A DNA stretch of 63,291 bases, counting the filler, from Choristocarpus tenellus KU-1152 (lineage: Eukaryota > Protista > Phaeophyceae), in the NCBI GenBank assembly GCA_964200185.2. It is 12 parts of 12 records of this genome, joined end to end, with 100 filler letters (N's around TTAATTAATTAA, not from the genome) between each part and the next. Parts side by side here need not be neighbours in the genome. Positions count along the whole stretch, not along the records: positions 24,051 to 32,582 come from CAXNAD020004613.1; positions 32,683 to 36,556 come from CAXNAD020017457.1; positions 36,657 to 42,611 come from CAXNAD020009320.1; 9 more parts are not named here. One strand, given 5' to 3'. Positions 24,901 through 37,016 of this stretch are shown here, piece by piece; position 1 is the first letter of the stretch, and the number at the start of each line of letters is the position of its first letter. The notes below the pieces were generated by a model, which saw only the letters and a list, made by a program, of their open reading frames with translations, searched no databases and was not told the origin of the DNA. The position numbers were made by a program, and so were the translations under genes.

Positions 24901-25751
24901 GAGCCAAAGTAAACGAGAGGAAGATCTTGGACGTTTAGCATTTTAAGCCAGTTTTTTATTTATCTTTTGAAATTCACTCATATTTCTACAGATGAACTGT
25001 TAAGTTTGACTCAACAGTATTGATTTCTCCATTGTTAAGAAGACACTTTGACAGAATGCAGAAAACGTCCTATATGCATTTGAAAAAAATGTTGAATTCT
25101 CTACGTATTTAACAGCCGATTTCAAAAATTGAGGATGGAGGTTTTCATTGAGGATGGGCTTGACCCAAAATTGACTGGGATAAAGTGTCGATATGTGTTT
25201 TTTTTTTTAAATGTTCGATTACGTACACCTTTGTTCACCCTGTATAAAAACTATATTGACTGTATTTTGGACATGTAGTAGATTTTATACATCCTTTTCG
25301 TACGTATTTGTAAACAGATTTATGTCACGAACTTTTGCCTATATTAGAGTTTCAAAATATAACCAAGAAGCAGATAACCAGATTGGTGAGATGGAAGCTG
25401 CAGGTTTCTCTATTGAATCTCATAGAATAATCAAAGAAACAATTTCAGGTTCTATGCCAATTAACAGGCGCAAAACGATAGTGTTAATATAGTTGATAGT
25501 TAATATATTAACACTCTCAACAACAAGCAATGGAAATAGATAAGGGCTTTAGTATGTAGTTGTCAGTAGACAAGAGTAGCTATATTTTAGCTATATTCAA
25601 TACAAAAAAAAACATATCGACACTTTATCCCTGTCAATTTTGGGTCAAAACAATCCTCAATGGGTAGCTCTCTCCTCATTTTTTTTTTTTGGCTTTTATT
25701 TGTCAGCATCCACAAAATGCAACCCTGGGTACCTCTCGCTTGTTTTGACTT
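24901..25751 (+). mobile_element. MITE family C copy interrupted by a nested element
   Basis: Left part 24901-25110 and right part 25698-25751 rejoin to match the 21168-21426 copy. Confidence 0.75.
25111..25697. mobile_element. Fold-back non-autonomous DNA transposon with about 95-bp imperfect TIRs
   Basis: TTGACCCAAAATTGACTGGGATAAAGTGTCGATATG (about 25159-25196) is the near-perfect reverse complement of CATATCGACACTTTATCCCTGTCAATTTTGGGTCAA (about 25613-25648). ATTT is duplicated on both flanks. Confidence 0.8.
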
Positions 25752-26838
25752 GTTGGCATTGTGAATTAGTAATTCTCTCCTGTTGTGTCTGTTGTTTTAT
25801 TTACGTAGTATTTCCCCTTCTGCAGTCTCTCTATTGTACTATTGTGTTTTCTTGCCCTCTCCCCCCTTACCTATATTTCTTGCTTTTTCTACATGAAAAC
25901 CCCTGGAATGGGCCTCATGCAGGGAGTATCTAGATATCACCCCCCACCCCCTCCCCTCCTGGTCTCATAAGGAGGTACTTGCATAGTGCCACAGATCGCT
26001 TTGTAGTACCACAAACCATTGTAAGTAGTAGTAACCTTGGTTGTATGTGGATGCTTGGTGGACGAATGACATCAACCTGTGATCAAGGCAAACTTGACCG
26101 GTGGGGGTTGGCTGGAGAGCTACCCTGGTGTGCTGCTGGCAATCGACATGTCGTGGGACATTCATCTTCCGAGCATAGCACTTTAAACATCATATTATGT
26201 ACAGTATACTCCACCCCCAAACGTTCCAGAAGGGACTCGGAGATACGATGTCTTGCATCGATCGGGTCTCTTGATATTTGCAACTTCCCTTAAACATCTG
26301 CAAATCATCATGGGGCGTAATAATATAATACCTGTAAAATGTCAGTGAGCTTAACAATATATATATTAAGGGAATGGGGTAGTGGGCGCAAAGAGGATAC
26401 AATATATATATGAGCATCCCGTTATTATCTTGTGTGAAATTTCTTCCTTTTAAGGGATAATAGGGTGAGGGTGAGTGTTCAAGTAATGAATGTAAGTGGA
26501 TAATTATATAAACATGGACACCTACGTCCCCACTAATCCTCCACAATATTTGTACTGGTCGATCTGTGTCTTGTCTCTCTCTCCCCCCTGAAGCACATCA
26601 CAGTTTCGTACTATTATTCAACCACTTTGCTACCGATGTATAATAGTGTAAGATATATAGTGTATTTTAATAGTATGAAAGATTGTATTTTTTGTAAGTC
26701 AGAAGTATGCCATATCTCGAGGTGTGGAAAACCTCTTGGTTTGTGGGGCTGGAATGGATGCTGAAGTTCAAGAGGGCAAAGTCAAGAGAAGCTCGCCACT
26801 CTACCCCTACACGGGAAACCCCCCTCAATATTCCCACT

Positions 26839-29800
26839 ATGCCGTCCAGAAACATTGCTCCAAAGCAAGCAAGTGCAAAGTCATTGCGAGCGAAGCGTAA
26901 ACGCGAGCCACAGGTCAACGAAAACCCCAAGAAAGCACTTGTAATTCGAGGGAGAAAGATCAGTCAAGACGTATCTGATGCTCTGACAGACGTGGTGAGA
27001 GCACCTACCATCGTTTCCTAACAAAATAATTCGTGCACTGTGAAATAGCTGTGGACGGTATTGTATGTAGATAATGAGGTCGACCATGTCCTTGTCCGTA
27101 ACTACATTCCCAATCATGGAAAGACTCATGCAAAGAGTTTCCACGTAACCAGAGAACCCTATATTGGATCTACACACGCCAACGCTACCTGCGCAACCAA
27201 CCCTCTCTCAATACTTGTAATGCCTAGTTCCGCCTCAAGTCTCCAGATGCAATGATGTTCTCGCGAAAAAACGACATCAACCCCATGGAGGACGAGACTT
27301 CGGCGGAGTTCCTTATGGCCAAAAACGACTGCAGTCTCATAGCCTTTGGGAGTCACAACAAGAAACGACCTAACAACCTTGTCCTGGTGAGACATCTATT
27401 GGACTGTAAGTGTACCGGAGTAAAACTGCTTTCCAACCCTGTCACATCAAGATGATATCATGTGCATGTCTCTTTCCTGGGACCTAGTATTAGGTGACTC
27501 TGACCCACTTGCTGGCATCCACAGACTTGGGGTCCGTAGGTACTTCAATTACATGCTTGCATATGTTCTTCATGCCTGTATCACAACCACTGTCTGCCCT
27601 CCCTTGCTTCGAGCCTGATCCAGGTCTAACTTGTACCCTCTTTCAGCATCTCCAAGAAGTTCTGATTGCTCTTAACTATTTTGATATCGAAGATCAGTGT
27701 AGTACCTTTAGGTCACACTAGAATAAAAATATTGTAACGCTATGCAATATACGCAACCACAAGACAACGTGGCTGTGACAAATGATCTTTATTTTCCAGG
27801 GGCGCACTTTCGATGGGCACGTCCTGGACATGATTGAGTTGGGGTTGGTCTCGTTCTCAGGATCGTCTCAGCTACGAGGTATGGCTAAGAGGGTGGGGTC
27901 AAAGCCAGCCATGATGTTCATGGGGGACCGTTGGGGCCGCAGTGAAGAATACAGAAAGCTCCAAAACCTTCTCATTGGTGAGAGAGCAAGGGACTTGAGA
28001 ATGATTAGAAATATTTTGAAGTAAATGTTGACAACTAACCACTGGATCACATTGTGTGCTGTTAATACCCTTTTGTATATATATGTGAGTATGTACTTTG
28101 ACATACATTCTTTCGAGTGGTCTGTGTTCAATTGTGTATCTGTCTTGGATTTTGCCTTTTTTGGGTGCCCTTGAAATTATAGCGGGTGAGTGTGTGGGAG
28201 CAGGGATTGAAACTAAGATGGTAAAAAGTCGACAGTGGTACATGTGCTTCCAATGATTAGGTGAATACAATGGTGTTCGAACTCATGATGTAGTTGTTGC
28301 CATGTGATCAAACATTCTTCCACAAGACGAGCAATGTTGCTGAAGTATGCCCACTCACCCTGCACACCCAAGAGTGTTTTTTCTCCTCTTTCTTTTTTTC
28401 CCCCCTTTTTGCCATACCTCTTCCAAGATATTCTGTAGACACCTGTGTTTGTGTTTTCAAATTTCCTATTCCTCACCCATCCTGCAGACTTTTTCAGGGG
28501 GGAGGTGGTGGGACAGATAGCATTGGCAGGCCTGGACCACTGTATGGTGTGCACTACTGTAGGCGATAACGTGCTTCTGCGCCACTATCACATCGGGTTC
28601 AAGCGATCAGGTTCAAAGGTGTGAGGTGTGCTTATCTCAAGACAACATGGCCTCCATGAACACATAGACCACATAACCCAGGCCGTATTTTCCCTGTTAC
28701 GCAATTTTGTCCCATTGTGCTCATTCTAGCTTCTTGACTGCAGCAATGTGTACTCTGTTACTGAATTTTCATTGTTTTGATAAAAGTGTAACAACTACTA
28801 CTTTTCGAAGTAGCAATTGGTGCCACACCTCACCTGACAAGACCAATCCAATTTAACTCAACCCTTACTATCCTCCAGCACTCGGTGTCCATCCACAACT
28901 TCAATCGATGCACACCATGATTACAGAAGTAGGGTGGTAGTATTGCATCTCTCCCTTGAACCCTGGATTGTACCAATGGTGGCATTATCCGTTAGGAGGC
29001 TGTGTTCTTGCAGGGAGTATGATCTAGATCACTCTTGAGAGTTTTTTGATACGTGTTCAAGATAGTATGATATATTGTTGCCTACACCATACAGGGTGAT
29101 GATTTCTGCATCCTATCTCCTGGTCCCTCTTATACCATGCCATGCCATGGGTGTAGGGTTTGCTGTGTGACCCTATCCTATTGCCACATTAACCCTGCCT
29201 TGATGCTGACTTGCAACTGCACATGTGATTCTCCTAGTTCTGGCTTGCTCGTTCAACTTTGTCTAGATTTGGTTTTGTTTCCTGAAATGGGTCCATTTAT
29301 GACGTATTCTCATTGGCTACTTGTTTTTCTTCATATTTTTTGTGGTAATGCTTGTTTTTGTGCTCGTTTTTCTTCATATTTTTTTTGTAGGTGCCATCGG
29401 TTTTGCTGACAGACACAGGACCATCAATGGACTTAGTAGTTCGTCGGACAAGCTTTGCAGCAAAGGATCTTTGGAAGGCTGCGGTGAAGAAGCCCAGAGT
29501 GTGAGAGTGTGTGTCAACTTTTGTCAATATTGGATTTTTTCTATTATGGAGGTGTTTATGGATAACTTCCTTGATGCAATTGGAATGACTGCTACTCTTC
29601 TAGAGCCCTGTTGCTCCCACCTCCAGGCATTCTTTGTGATTCACACACACACATATGTGTATGTGTATGTATGACAAAGAACATTCGTAGCGCTTCTTAT
29701 ATACTACCATGCACAGTGCTAGTCATTTTTTTGTCTTCATTTGAAGCATTTGTTACATTCTATTTTCCCCCTAGAAAATTTAACAAGATAATTTGTTCAA

Positions 29801-31558
29801 TGTTATATGAACTTGATAAGGGAGTGGGAGTTACAAGAATTGATGTGTTGTTGTGTGCACTCCTTAGTGAGCCATTTCCTGCTATGAAAAGTGATTGTGT
29901 GCTCCTTGGCTTGATTCTTGTTTGGCCTGATTCTGTGTGATGTTCCTATTGATTTACCAAATATGTCTTGTGACATCCTGCTGGAGCAGTGTGTGATTTG
30001 TCCTTCTGCACCCCACTATTTGCACATAATGACATTCATGATGTCACACACTACTTGTCGTGTACCATACAAAATACTTTCGAATGCTGTTGCTGATGTG
30101 CTCCCTTTCCAGGATGCAATTGATTATGCCTCATGTGCTGCTATGATAGTAGCACGGGCATAGTGGTGTTGCTGTACCCTGTCAAGATGATGTGGGCACA
30201 TGTCTATTGGCATACAAACACAAACACTAATAGTAGCAACTTCTGGTGCAATATATATATGTAAGGATACTCTGCCCATGTATCAGTGAGCACATGAGCA
30301 TGCAAACTACTTTGGTCATTGAAGCACTCAATTGTTAATAATTGAAAAATTCGGATAGGCATTTGTGGGGGTGTTGGCAATGAGCAACCAGCAGTTAGCT
30401 CTGCTGCAGCAAGCAGCAACATTCCCTTCCCCGCCTGATATATCTCCCCCACCCCCACTTGTCCTCCTTTGATCAAATGTTCAAATTTTGCAAACATACA
30501 CATGCCATCACTCTTTTGGTCTTCAGTTCGGAACCTAAGAAGGTAAAGAATGTTTCTTCTAATAGCATGGGAGATAAGATGGGCCGGATTCACCTTGGAC
30601 GCCAGGACCTCAGCAGTATGAAGGTGTGAAGCTGTCCTTTCCTGTTGAATACATGGGGGAGCTGGGTTGCATTCAACTAATAGCTACTGTAGAGGGATGA
30701 ATATTCTTTCTAGTTAGACCATCATGTCACTAGAGGGTAGAGGTCACAAGGTCTAGAGAGTTAATGTTATGATACATCTAAAGTGCGTACAATGAGCTGT
30801 CGGTAATTTAATTTTTGCTAGTAGAACTGTGCCTGCACAGGCTTTGCCTCTGTGACTCAGAATGGTAGCAAGCATGCTACAGTGTTGTTTCATCAGGTTG
30901 GCATGTGGAGTTTTCCTGGTGCCAAAGTATTACTGGAATGTTTTGTTGTTTGTGGATAGATGGTGTTCTCCGATCTGTCCAAATGCTGTCTCATTCCCCC
31001 TCTAAACATGCTTCCTGCCAATTGCAGAGCATTGTCCACATCATTCATTTTGTGGGTAAAGCTATTTTAATCTTTGACCCTGTGATGATTTTTGTTTAGT
31101 TTTCTTGTTTGTTTTCATATTGATTTGTGTGATAATCGTCTTGTGCCTGGAGGATATCATACACCTGCGATCGTTGTGCAGAACTCAAGTATATTTTGAG
31201 GTGCTGCACAATCCTATTTTTGATTGGACTGTTCTACTTGATCGTAGTCTTGCCCGTTTTTTTCTCAGCACCTGTTGCCTGTTGTCCTCGCCAACACAGT
31301 TGCTTGTTCTGTGTTCTCTATGCCCTACCTCTGTTTTCACTCCCTAAACCCCCTCAGGTACGGAGGGTTAAAGCCCTCCGGACAACAGGGAGCTCCAAAC
31401 GTGCTCCGGAGGATGGAGAAAATGGAGAAACAATGGGTGAGGAGGGAATAGCAAAGGACATTCAACGGGAGGGGGAAGGAGAAGGGGGTGCCAGCGCAGC
31501 ATCCATTGCCAAGCGAGGGACGCGACGTAAAAACAAGGAAAGGAAGCTGACGCAGTGA
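26839..31558 (+). CDS. RPF2: Ribosome production factor 2 (Brix domain), complete, 7 exons, 343 aa
   Basis: Exons 26839-26994, 27228-27386, 27800-27977, 28488-28618, 29391-29500, 30527-30623 and 31358-31558; all GT-AG and phase-consistent (1032 nt). Motifs REPQVNENPKKAL, KNDCSLIAFGSHNKKRPNNLVLGRTFDGHVLDMIELG, LIDFFRG, GPSMDLVVRR, KKVKNVS, GRIHLGRQDL. Confidence 0.96.
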
Positions 31559-32524
31559 TTGTCTTTATGTACTACTTTGTATCTATCTACCCATCTCTTG
31601 ATGGCATTTTCTTTTTGTTGCAGTGGTTGTGAAAGAACTGATTCTGTTGTAGCGTAGAGTTGTTTTTATCAAGGAGATAGAAGCAGGGCCCTGGAGTTTG
31701 TTCCCTTACGAGTGAGATCCAGATGATGCTGATGATGGCAGCGTTGCCGTTTAGTTGTGCAAGTGATATTAGTCGATTCCTTACCTTTGCAGAGGGCAGT
31801 GCCCTTGGTTGGTTTTTGGCTATTTTTGTCCCATTTGGTGTTTGTTGTGTGGTTTAATTGACTGTTCTTGAGTTGAGAGGAACGTTGTACTGGTTCATTC
31901 CCATTCAACAGGACACAGATGGCCATTGTGAGACCTGTAATGCTTGAGGAGATGCAACCAAAGCGTAATATGGTTGACGCTTTTGTTCCCCTTCAGTGCC
32001 TCAGTGAATTACTAATGGACTCAAATATATGATGGGAACAGATGGAATGGTTGTTGATGGGATGCAGCAATAGCTATTACCTGTTGCTGTCCCCTATATA
32101 CCCCTGACCAAGCCAAGCATGCATGAAATGGACTGTCCTACCTGCTTATCTATTTTGTTTGCGCCTCATTTGTAAGAATAATTTTGAATCAGGTTTATAT
32201 CCAGTGCTTTGCAGGAGACTTTTTTTAAATTGGCAGTTATGAACTTGATTGCAGACCTGAAAAGTGGAAAGTTACGTGAAAAAATATTTGGTGTCTTATG
32301 TTATCGTGGTGGAACATCCTTGAATGAATTGATTATATTTGGTCACTATGTCAATGAGAATGGTATAGTGGGAAGAAATATGTTCACAGGACGTTAATTT
32401 CTTTTTGTCCAGCACACGGTCAAAGACTGACACAAGTACTGACCAAGCTCTCTGAGCCTTCTAAAGGTGTGGTGGGGATTTAGATACATGCCTGTGGATC
32501 TACATGAACTCAAATTGGCACACT

Positions 32525-32582
32525 GAGCCAAATATCTTAGAGGGTAGGGCTGCGTCCATTTGGGGGTCAAAATCCAATGTTG
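32525..32582 (+). mobile_element. MITE family A left end at contig end
   Basis: GAGCCAAATATCTTAGAGGGTAGGGCTGCGTCCATTTGGGGGTCAAAATCCAATGTTG. Confidence 0.8.
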
Positions 32583-32682
32583 NNNNNNNNNNNNNNNNNN
32601 NNNNNNNNNNNNNNNNNNNNNNNNNNTTAATTAATTAANNNNNNNNNNNNNNNNNNNNNNNNNNNNNNNNNNNNNNNNNNNN

Positions 32683-34188
32683 GCCAAGCGAGAGGAAGAG
32701 AAGAGGGTGAGCTCTCAATCAGGGGGGACGGGGGGGGAGGGGGGGGAGGGGGGGGCTGGGAGGGAGAGGTTAGACAAGTCATGATGCCGGTGCCAGAAGG
32801 CTGTTGCCTATTGAGATGGTATGGTATGAATAAAGGATCTCTTCTGACTTGAGGTTTGTTGATTTTGGTCCTGGTGCAATAAATAAATAATAAATATTGT
32901 TGCAGATTGAACCGCTGCTGGGAGGAGGTGGTTTTTGTATAATAAATTATAGAGCGGGCGTTTTCTTGGCTGGTATTAAAATTTACTATTACTATAGTAG
33001 TAAAGAGAAAAAAAAATCATACCTCGGAAGATGTAACTGTTGGTGCTGTTTTGAACAGCACGGATACCTCCATTATGGTGTATGTGTGTACTTTACATCA
33101 GTTCCTCAAGAGAAGGTTCGAGCCATTTTTCTGTGTAGTACCCACTACCAGGAAAGTGTTCAGGAACCTGTTGTTGGGTGTAATGTCTGTAGTCCATGAC
33201 AATACGTGGGGCCCTTTGGCCAGATATTTTTATTTTAATTATTTTGTGAAGTACAGAGCCCCTTGTTTTGTTTACTTCGTGTTCTTTGTTTTCAAAAAAA
33301 AAATATTTTATTAAAATATACTCGGAGTATGTATTCCTTTTTTGTGTTTTGTCTGAAAACATGCCTGTTCTTTTTCTTTATAATTGGTTCTATTTTTTTT
33401 AGCAATGCCACCACCACTACCACCAGCAGCAGCTACGCATAATGAGGATTAGGATGAGGTGGTTCTCATAAGGAGGTCTTGATTGAACATCATTTCGGTA
33501 CTTCCATTGTTATGGCCTCTTCTTGAAACACTGGGGATCCATCTCTGCTGGTTATGGCTCTTCAAGACTCTTTGGAAGTATATGGGTTAAGTGTTCTGAC
33601 GTAGATATGATAGGAGATAGTGTCACCAGTATGAGGACCAGTTGGCTTGACTCTTAGCCTTACTGCAGCTCTTTCCACTGATTGGGGCTTGGTGCATGTT
33701 GTGTACCCCACCACATGCGTTGCTCGCACAACTAGATTCAACCAATTAGATTCAAACAACTAGATTCAACCAATTAGATTCAAACGACTAGAATCAAACA
33801 ACTAGAATCAAACAATTAGATTCAACTAATTAGTTCCAACCAATTATATTAGGGTTAGGGTTATTCCAACCTCCACTTCCCTCCCTTTCCCCCCTCCTCA
33901 TTAACTCCTCCTTCCCCCCCCCCCCCCCCCCCCCCCCCCCCCGCCTGGTGATAATATCTCACCAATACTGCTATTATATACAATTATTATTATTATTATT
34001 ATTATTATTATTTTGTTGTCTAGGTTCTGCGTCAGTACCACGAGTACCTTGAGGAACAGATGATAAAGGAGGCACAAGACGAGGCAGCCTATGATGAGAT
34101 AAGGAGGAAGGCCGAGAATAATATATGGGACCAGAGGGATGCGCAACAAAAGGCACAGAAGGATGCAAGGAAGAACCTCATGGATCAG
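32683..34188 (+). CDS. Coiled-coil TPH-domain flagellar protein fragment (CFAP53-like)
   Basis: Exon end 32683-32706 (AKREEEKR|gtgagc) and exon 34024-34188 (VLRQYHEYLEEQMIKEAQDEAAYDEIRRKAENNIWDQRDAQQKAQKDARKNLMDQ|gt). The W...ARKNLMDQ(V) pattern resembles the CFAP53/trichoplein family. Confidence 0.65.
33730..33845 (+). repeat. 14-bp tandem repeat (AAYTAGAWTCAAMC), about 8 copies
   Basis: Directly visible; intronic. Confidence 0.85.
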
Positions 34189-34216
34189 GTACTGTACTCC
34201 TTAGCGGCATTACTGA

Positions 34217-34254
<38 letters not shown>

Positions 34255-35077
34255 TGAAGAAAGTAGACGCACATACATACAGATTCGGGTTAGGGTTAGG
34301 GTTAGGGTTAGGGCGATATTTGCGCTGGGGGGTTGTGTATAGAAGTTACTGCTGTCTTTGTGTCTTATGTGTGTAATTTATGAAATTTATGTAATTTGAG
34401 AGGACTTATGTCTACATAGCTTCATCGCTGTCAGTTTGAGAGGACTCCGAGTTATTGATTTGAGTGTGCTTAGTAACTAACCCTATCCCTAACCCTAACC
34501 CTAACCAAGTTGGGCGAATGAGATCGGCAGACTGATAAAATGACTGATAAAATCCCTCTAATCTGGTAGGATTATCAAGTTCTGAAGTGAAGACTGAAAG
34601 AGTCATCAAGAATCAACTCTGACCGTTCGGCGGAGCAGTAAAACGTTAATAGCTTTTCTTTTTTTCTTTTTTTACCATCGACGGTATGTAAGCAATTGAG
34701 GTGATGAGCATATACCGTCGATGGTTTCTTGTGTGGTCGTACGGTGGTTCTTACTGATATGGGTAAGGCATATGGTTGTGGAGAGATTGGTCCCTTCTGA
34801 AAGAATTGTATCAAAGGGTTAGGGTTAAAGGATGTGCTTTGAGTGAGTGCCTTTTTGTCGCATGGTGTGAGGTCAGTAACTGTCGATACGTGTCAATTAC
34901 TGTCAATCATTGAATGATGGCATAGGATGGACCACCACATCTTTTGTGAGGCAATTGCGGTAAGTTGTAGCTGATGTAGAATGGTACCTTTTTATCAAAG
35001 GTGCGGAGAGATCATCATTGTGTTTGAATCAAATCAAATCAAATCAAATCTATCCAAGATTTAGAATAGCTTTAGAA

Positions 35078-35233
35078 GACTCAAATCATCTAGGAGGGGG
35101 GGTGGCGGCTGCCCATTTGGGGCCCATTTTCCATGTCACGATTTTTGGGTGATTTTGGTTGCATGCGTCAGATGGATAATGTAAGTAAAGTGCACTTCTC
35201 CAGGTTAGGGCCCGAATGGACACCCTGATGTAG

Positions 35234-35291
<58 letters not shown>

Positions 35292-35440
35292 ACACTCCAC
35301 TTCCATCCCTCCCCCTCCATCCTATCTANNNNNNNNNNGGCGTGGAGAATGGAAAGTAAGGTCCAGCCCCCTCCGTGGGGCGCGGCGCGCCCGCGCGCTG
35401 CTCCCCCCCCCCCCCCCCCCCCCCCCAGATAATTTGAGCT
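35078..35440 (+). mobile_element. MITE family B with expanded poly-C and an internal gap
   Basis: GACTCAAATCATCT start, family B body at 35100-35235, CCCAGATAATTTGAGCT end. Confidence 0.7.
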
Positions 35441-36831
35441 GAAATTACACTAGGGGTAGGTTGGAGTTGATGTTGGGTATAGACCACAGTACCATTAGTA
35501 TTGTGGATAGTAGTCCCCTTGGTGAATGGGTTAGGGCTAGGGCTAGAGTTTGTACTTCAGGTTTGGACCCGGTGGTCAATGTGGTGGAGAGGTTGGGTTG
35601 TGACCAATGGTGTCCTTAGGTGGTGGTTTTCTAGCATAGCCTCAAACACTAAAATGCCCTCCCTTCCTTCCATGGGAGTGAGTTTGAGTACAGTTTTTTT
35701 TTTTATCAATGATTTTATTTTCATGTTTTTGCTCAGCATATTGTGATGGGGGTGGATGCCCTGATAGACATCCCTTCCACCTGCAGACACCCTCTCACAA
35801 TGAGCTTTGAGTCTCTCAAAACCCTACCCCTAAGTCCTTCGGGGTTCGTGAAGTTCAAATAGGCTTTTATGGTTTTTGTCATAATTGCCAAGGTTGAGGT
35901 CTCAAAGTGCACCTTCAAGAACTGTGGTGATTTCCGTGATGAAGTTTGTGGTCGTGTCCAGGATGATGATTTACCTGATGAATGCCACACACGCATAATG
36001 CACATAGCAACCAGAGCGCACACACACACTCCCAAGCATTATTTGTATTATTTGTATTGTTTTATTTATTTCATTATATTGTGGTAGTTCATGTGGGTTT
36101 ATTAAGCATGTGGATAGGGTTAGGGTTAGGGTTCTGGTTTAGTCTGTGGTATGATACGACTGTGCAAGATAGTATTGGTGGCTTATGTATATATATTCAT
36201 GTTGATGTGTGCATTCATGTATTCTTGATCCACCTTTCCTGATACAGTAGAATTCGCTAGTGCTTGACAAGTAATGATTAGGGTTAGGGTTAGGGTCAGT
36301 GTTTTTTGAAGATGGTGTCAGCCATGTTGTTTGGCAATTTATTTTACATTAGAAGCTATGACCTCTTCTGCAAATCCATCTTTTATGTCCAAGGTGAAAT
36401 CATGTAAGTAGAACAGACCCCTTTTCCTTGAAGACCTCTTTCTGTCCTTGCACTCTAGTGAAATCAAGGCCCCACCTCACATCCCTGTGCCCCCCCCCCC
36501 CCCCCACCCCTTTTCCCTCCCCCCCCCCCCCCCGCCCCCCCCCCTCTCCCCCCCCCNNNNNNNNNNNNNNNNNNNNNNNNNNNNNNNNNNNNNNNNNNNN
36601 TTAATTAATTAANNNNNNNNNNNNNNNNNNNNNNNNNNNNNNNNNNNNNNNNNNNNCCCCCCCCCACAGCCCTCTCCTCTCCCCCAACACCCACCCAACA
36701 CCCCACCACGTTTTTACGTATGGTCACAAGCTGAAAAAACACCGCATCTGTCAAAGTAGGCACTACAGTTTTCGGCAGCAACTCTTGAGTAACTCGAGAT
36801 AATTCACCCCCCCCAACGCGCCTGATCTCAC

Positions 36832-36976
36832 CGCTTCAGTATCTTCATAATCCAACCGCAGCTGGACCTCATCCATCACAACGCCTTGCCATTCATTACA
36901 AACACCAACATCATTCATCATCTTGTCTAGGTTCAGATAGAGCATTTTTGAACCATCCTCCTCCTCCTCCTCCTCT

Positions 36977-37016
<40 letters not shown>

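Noticed and set aside
29096-29213. Possible intronic C/D snoRNA (GTGATGA...CTGA) in RPF2
   Set aside because: Weak terminal stem and no recognisable rRNA-antisense guide; such boxes occur by chance.
29262-29305. LDLVLFPEMGPFM resembling the Brix E-x-GP motif in RPF2 intron 4
   Set aside because: The 29391-29500 exon supplies the homologous segment in the correct phase; this short match has no convincing exon boundaries.
35234-35430. Very long poly-C/poly-G tracts as functional G-quadruplex loci
   Set aside because: They adjoin gaps and contig ends; homopolymer lengths are unreliable and may be sequencing or assembly artefacts.
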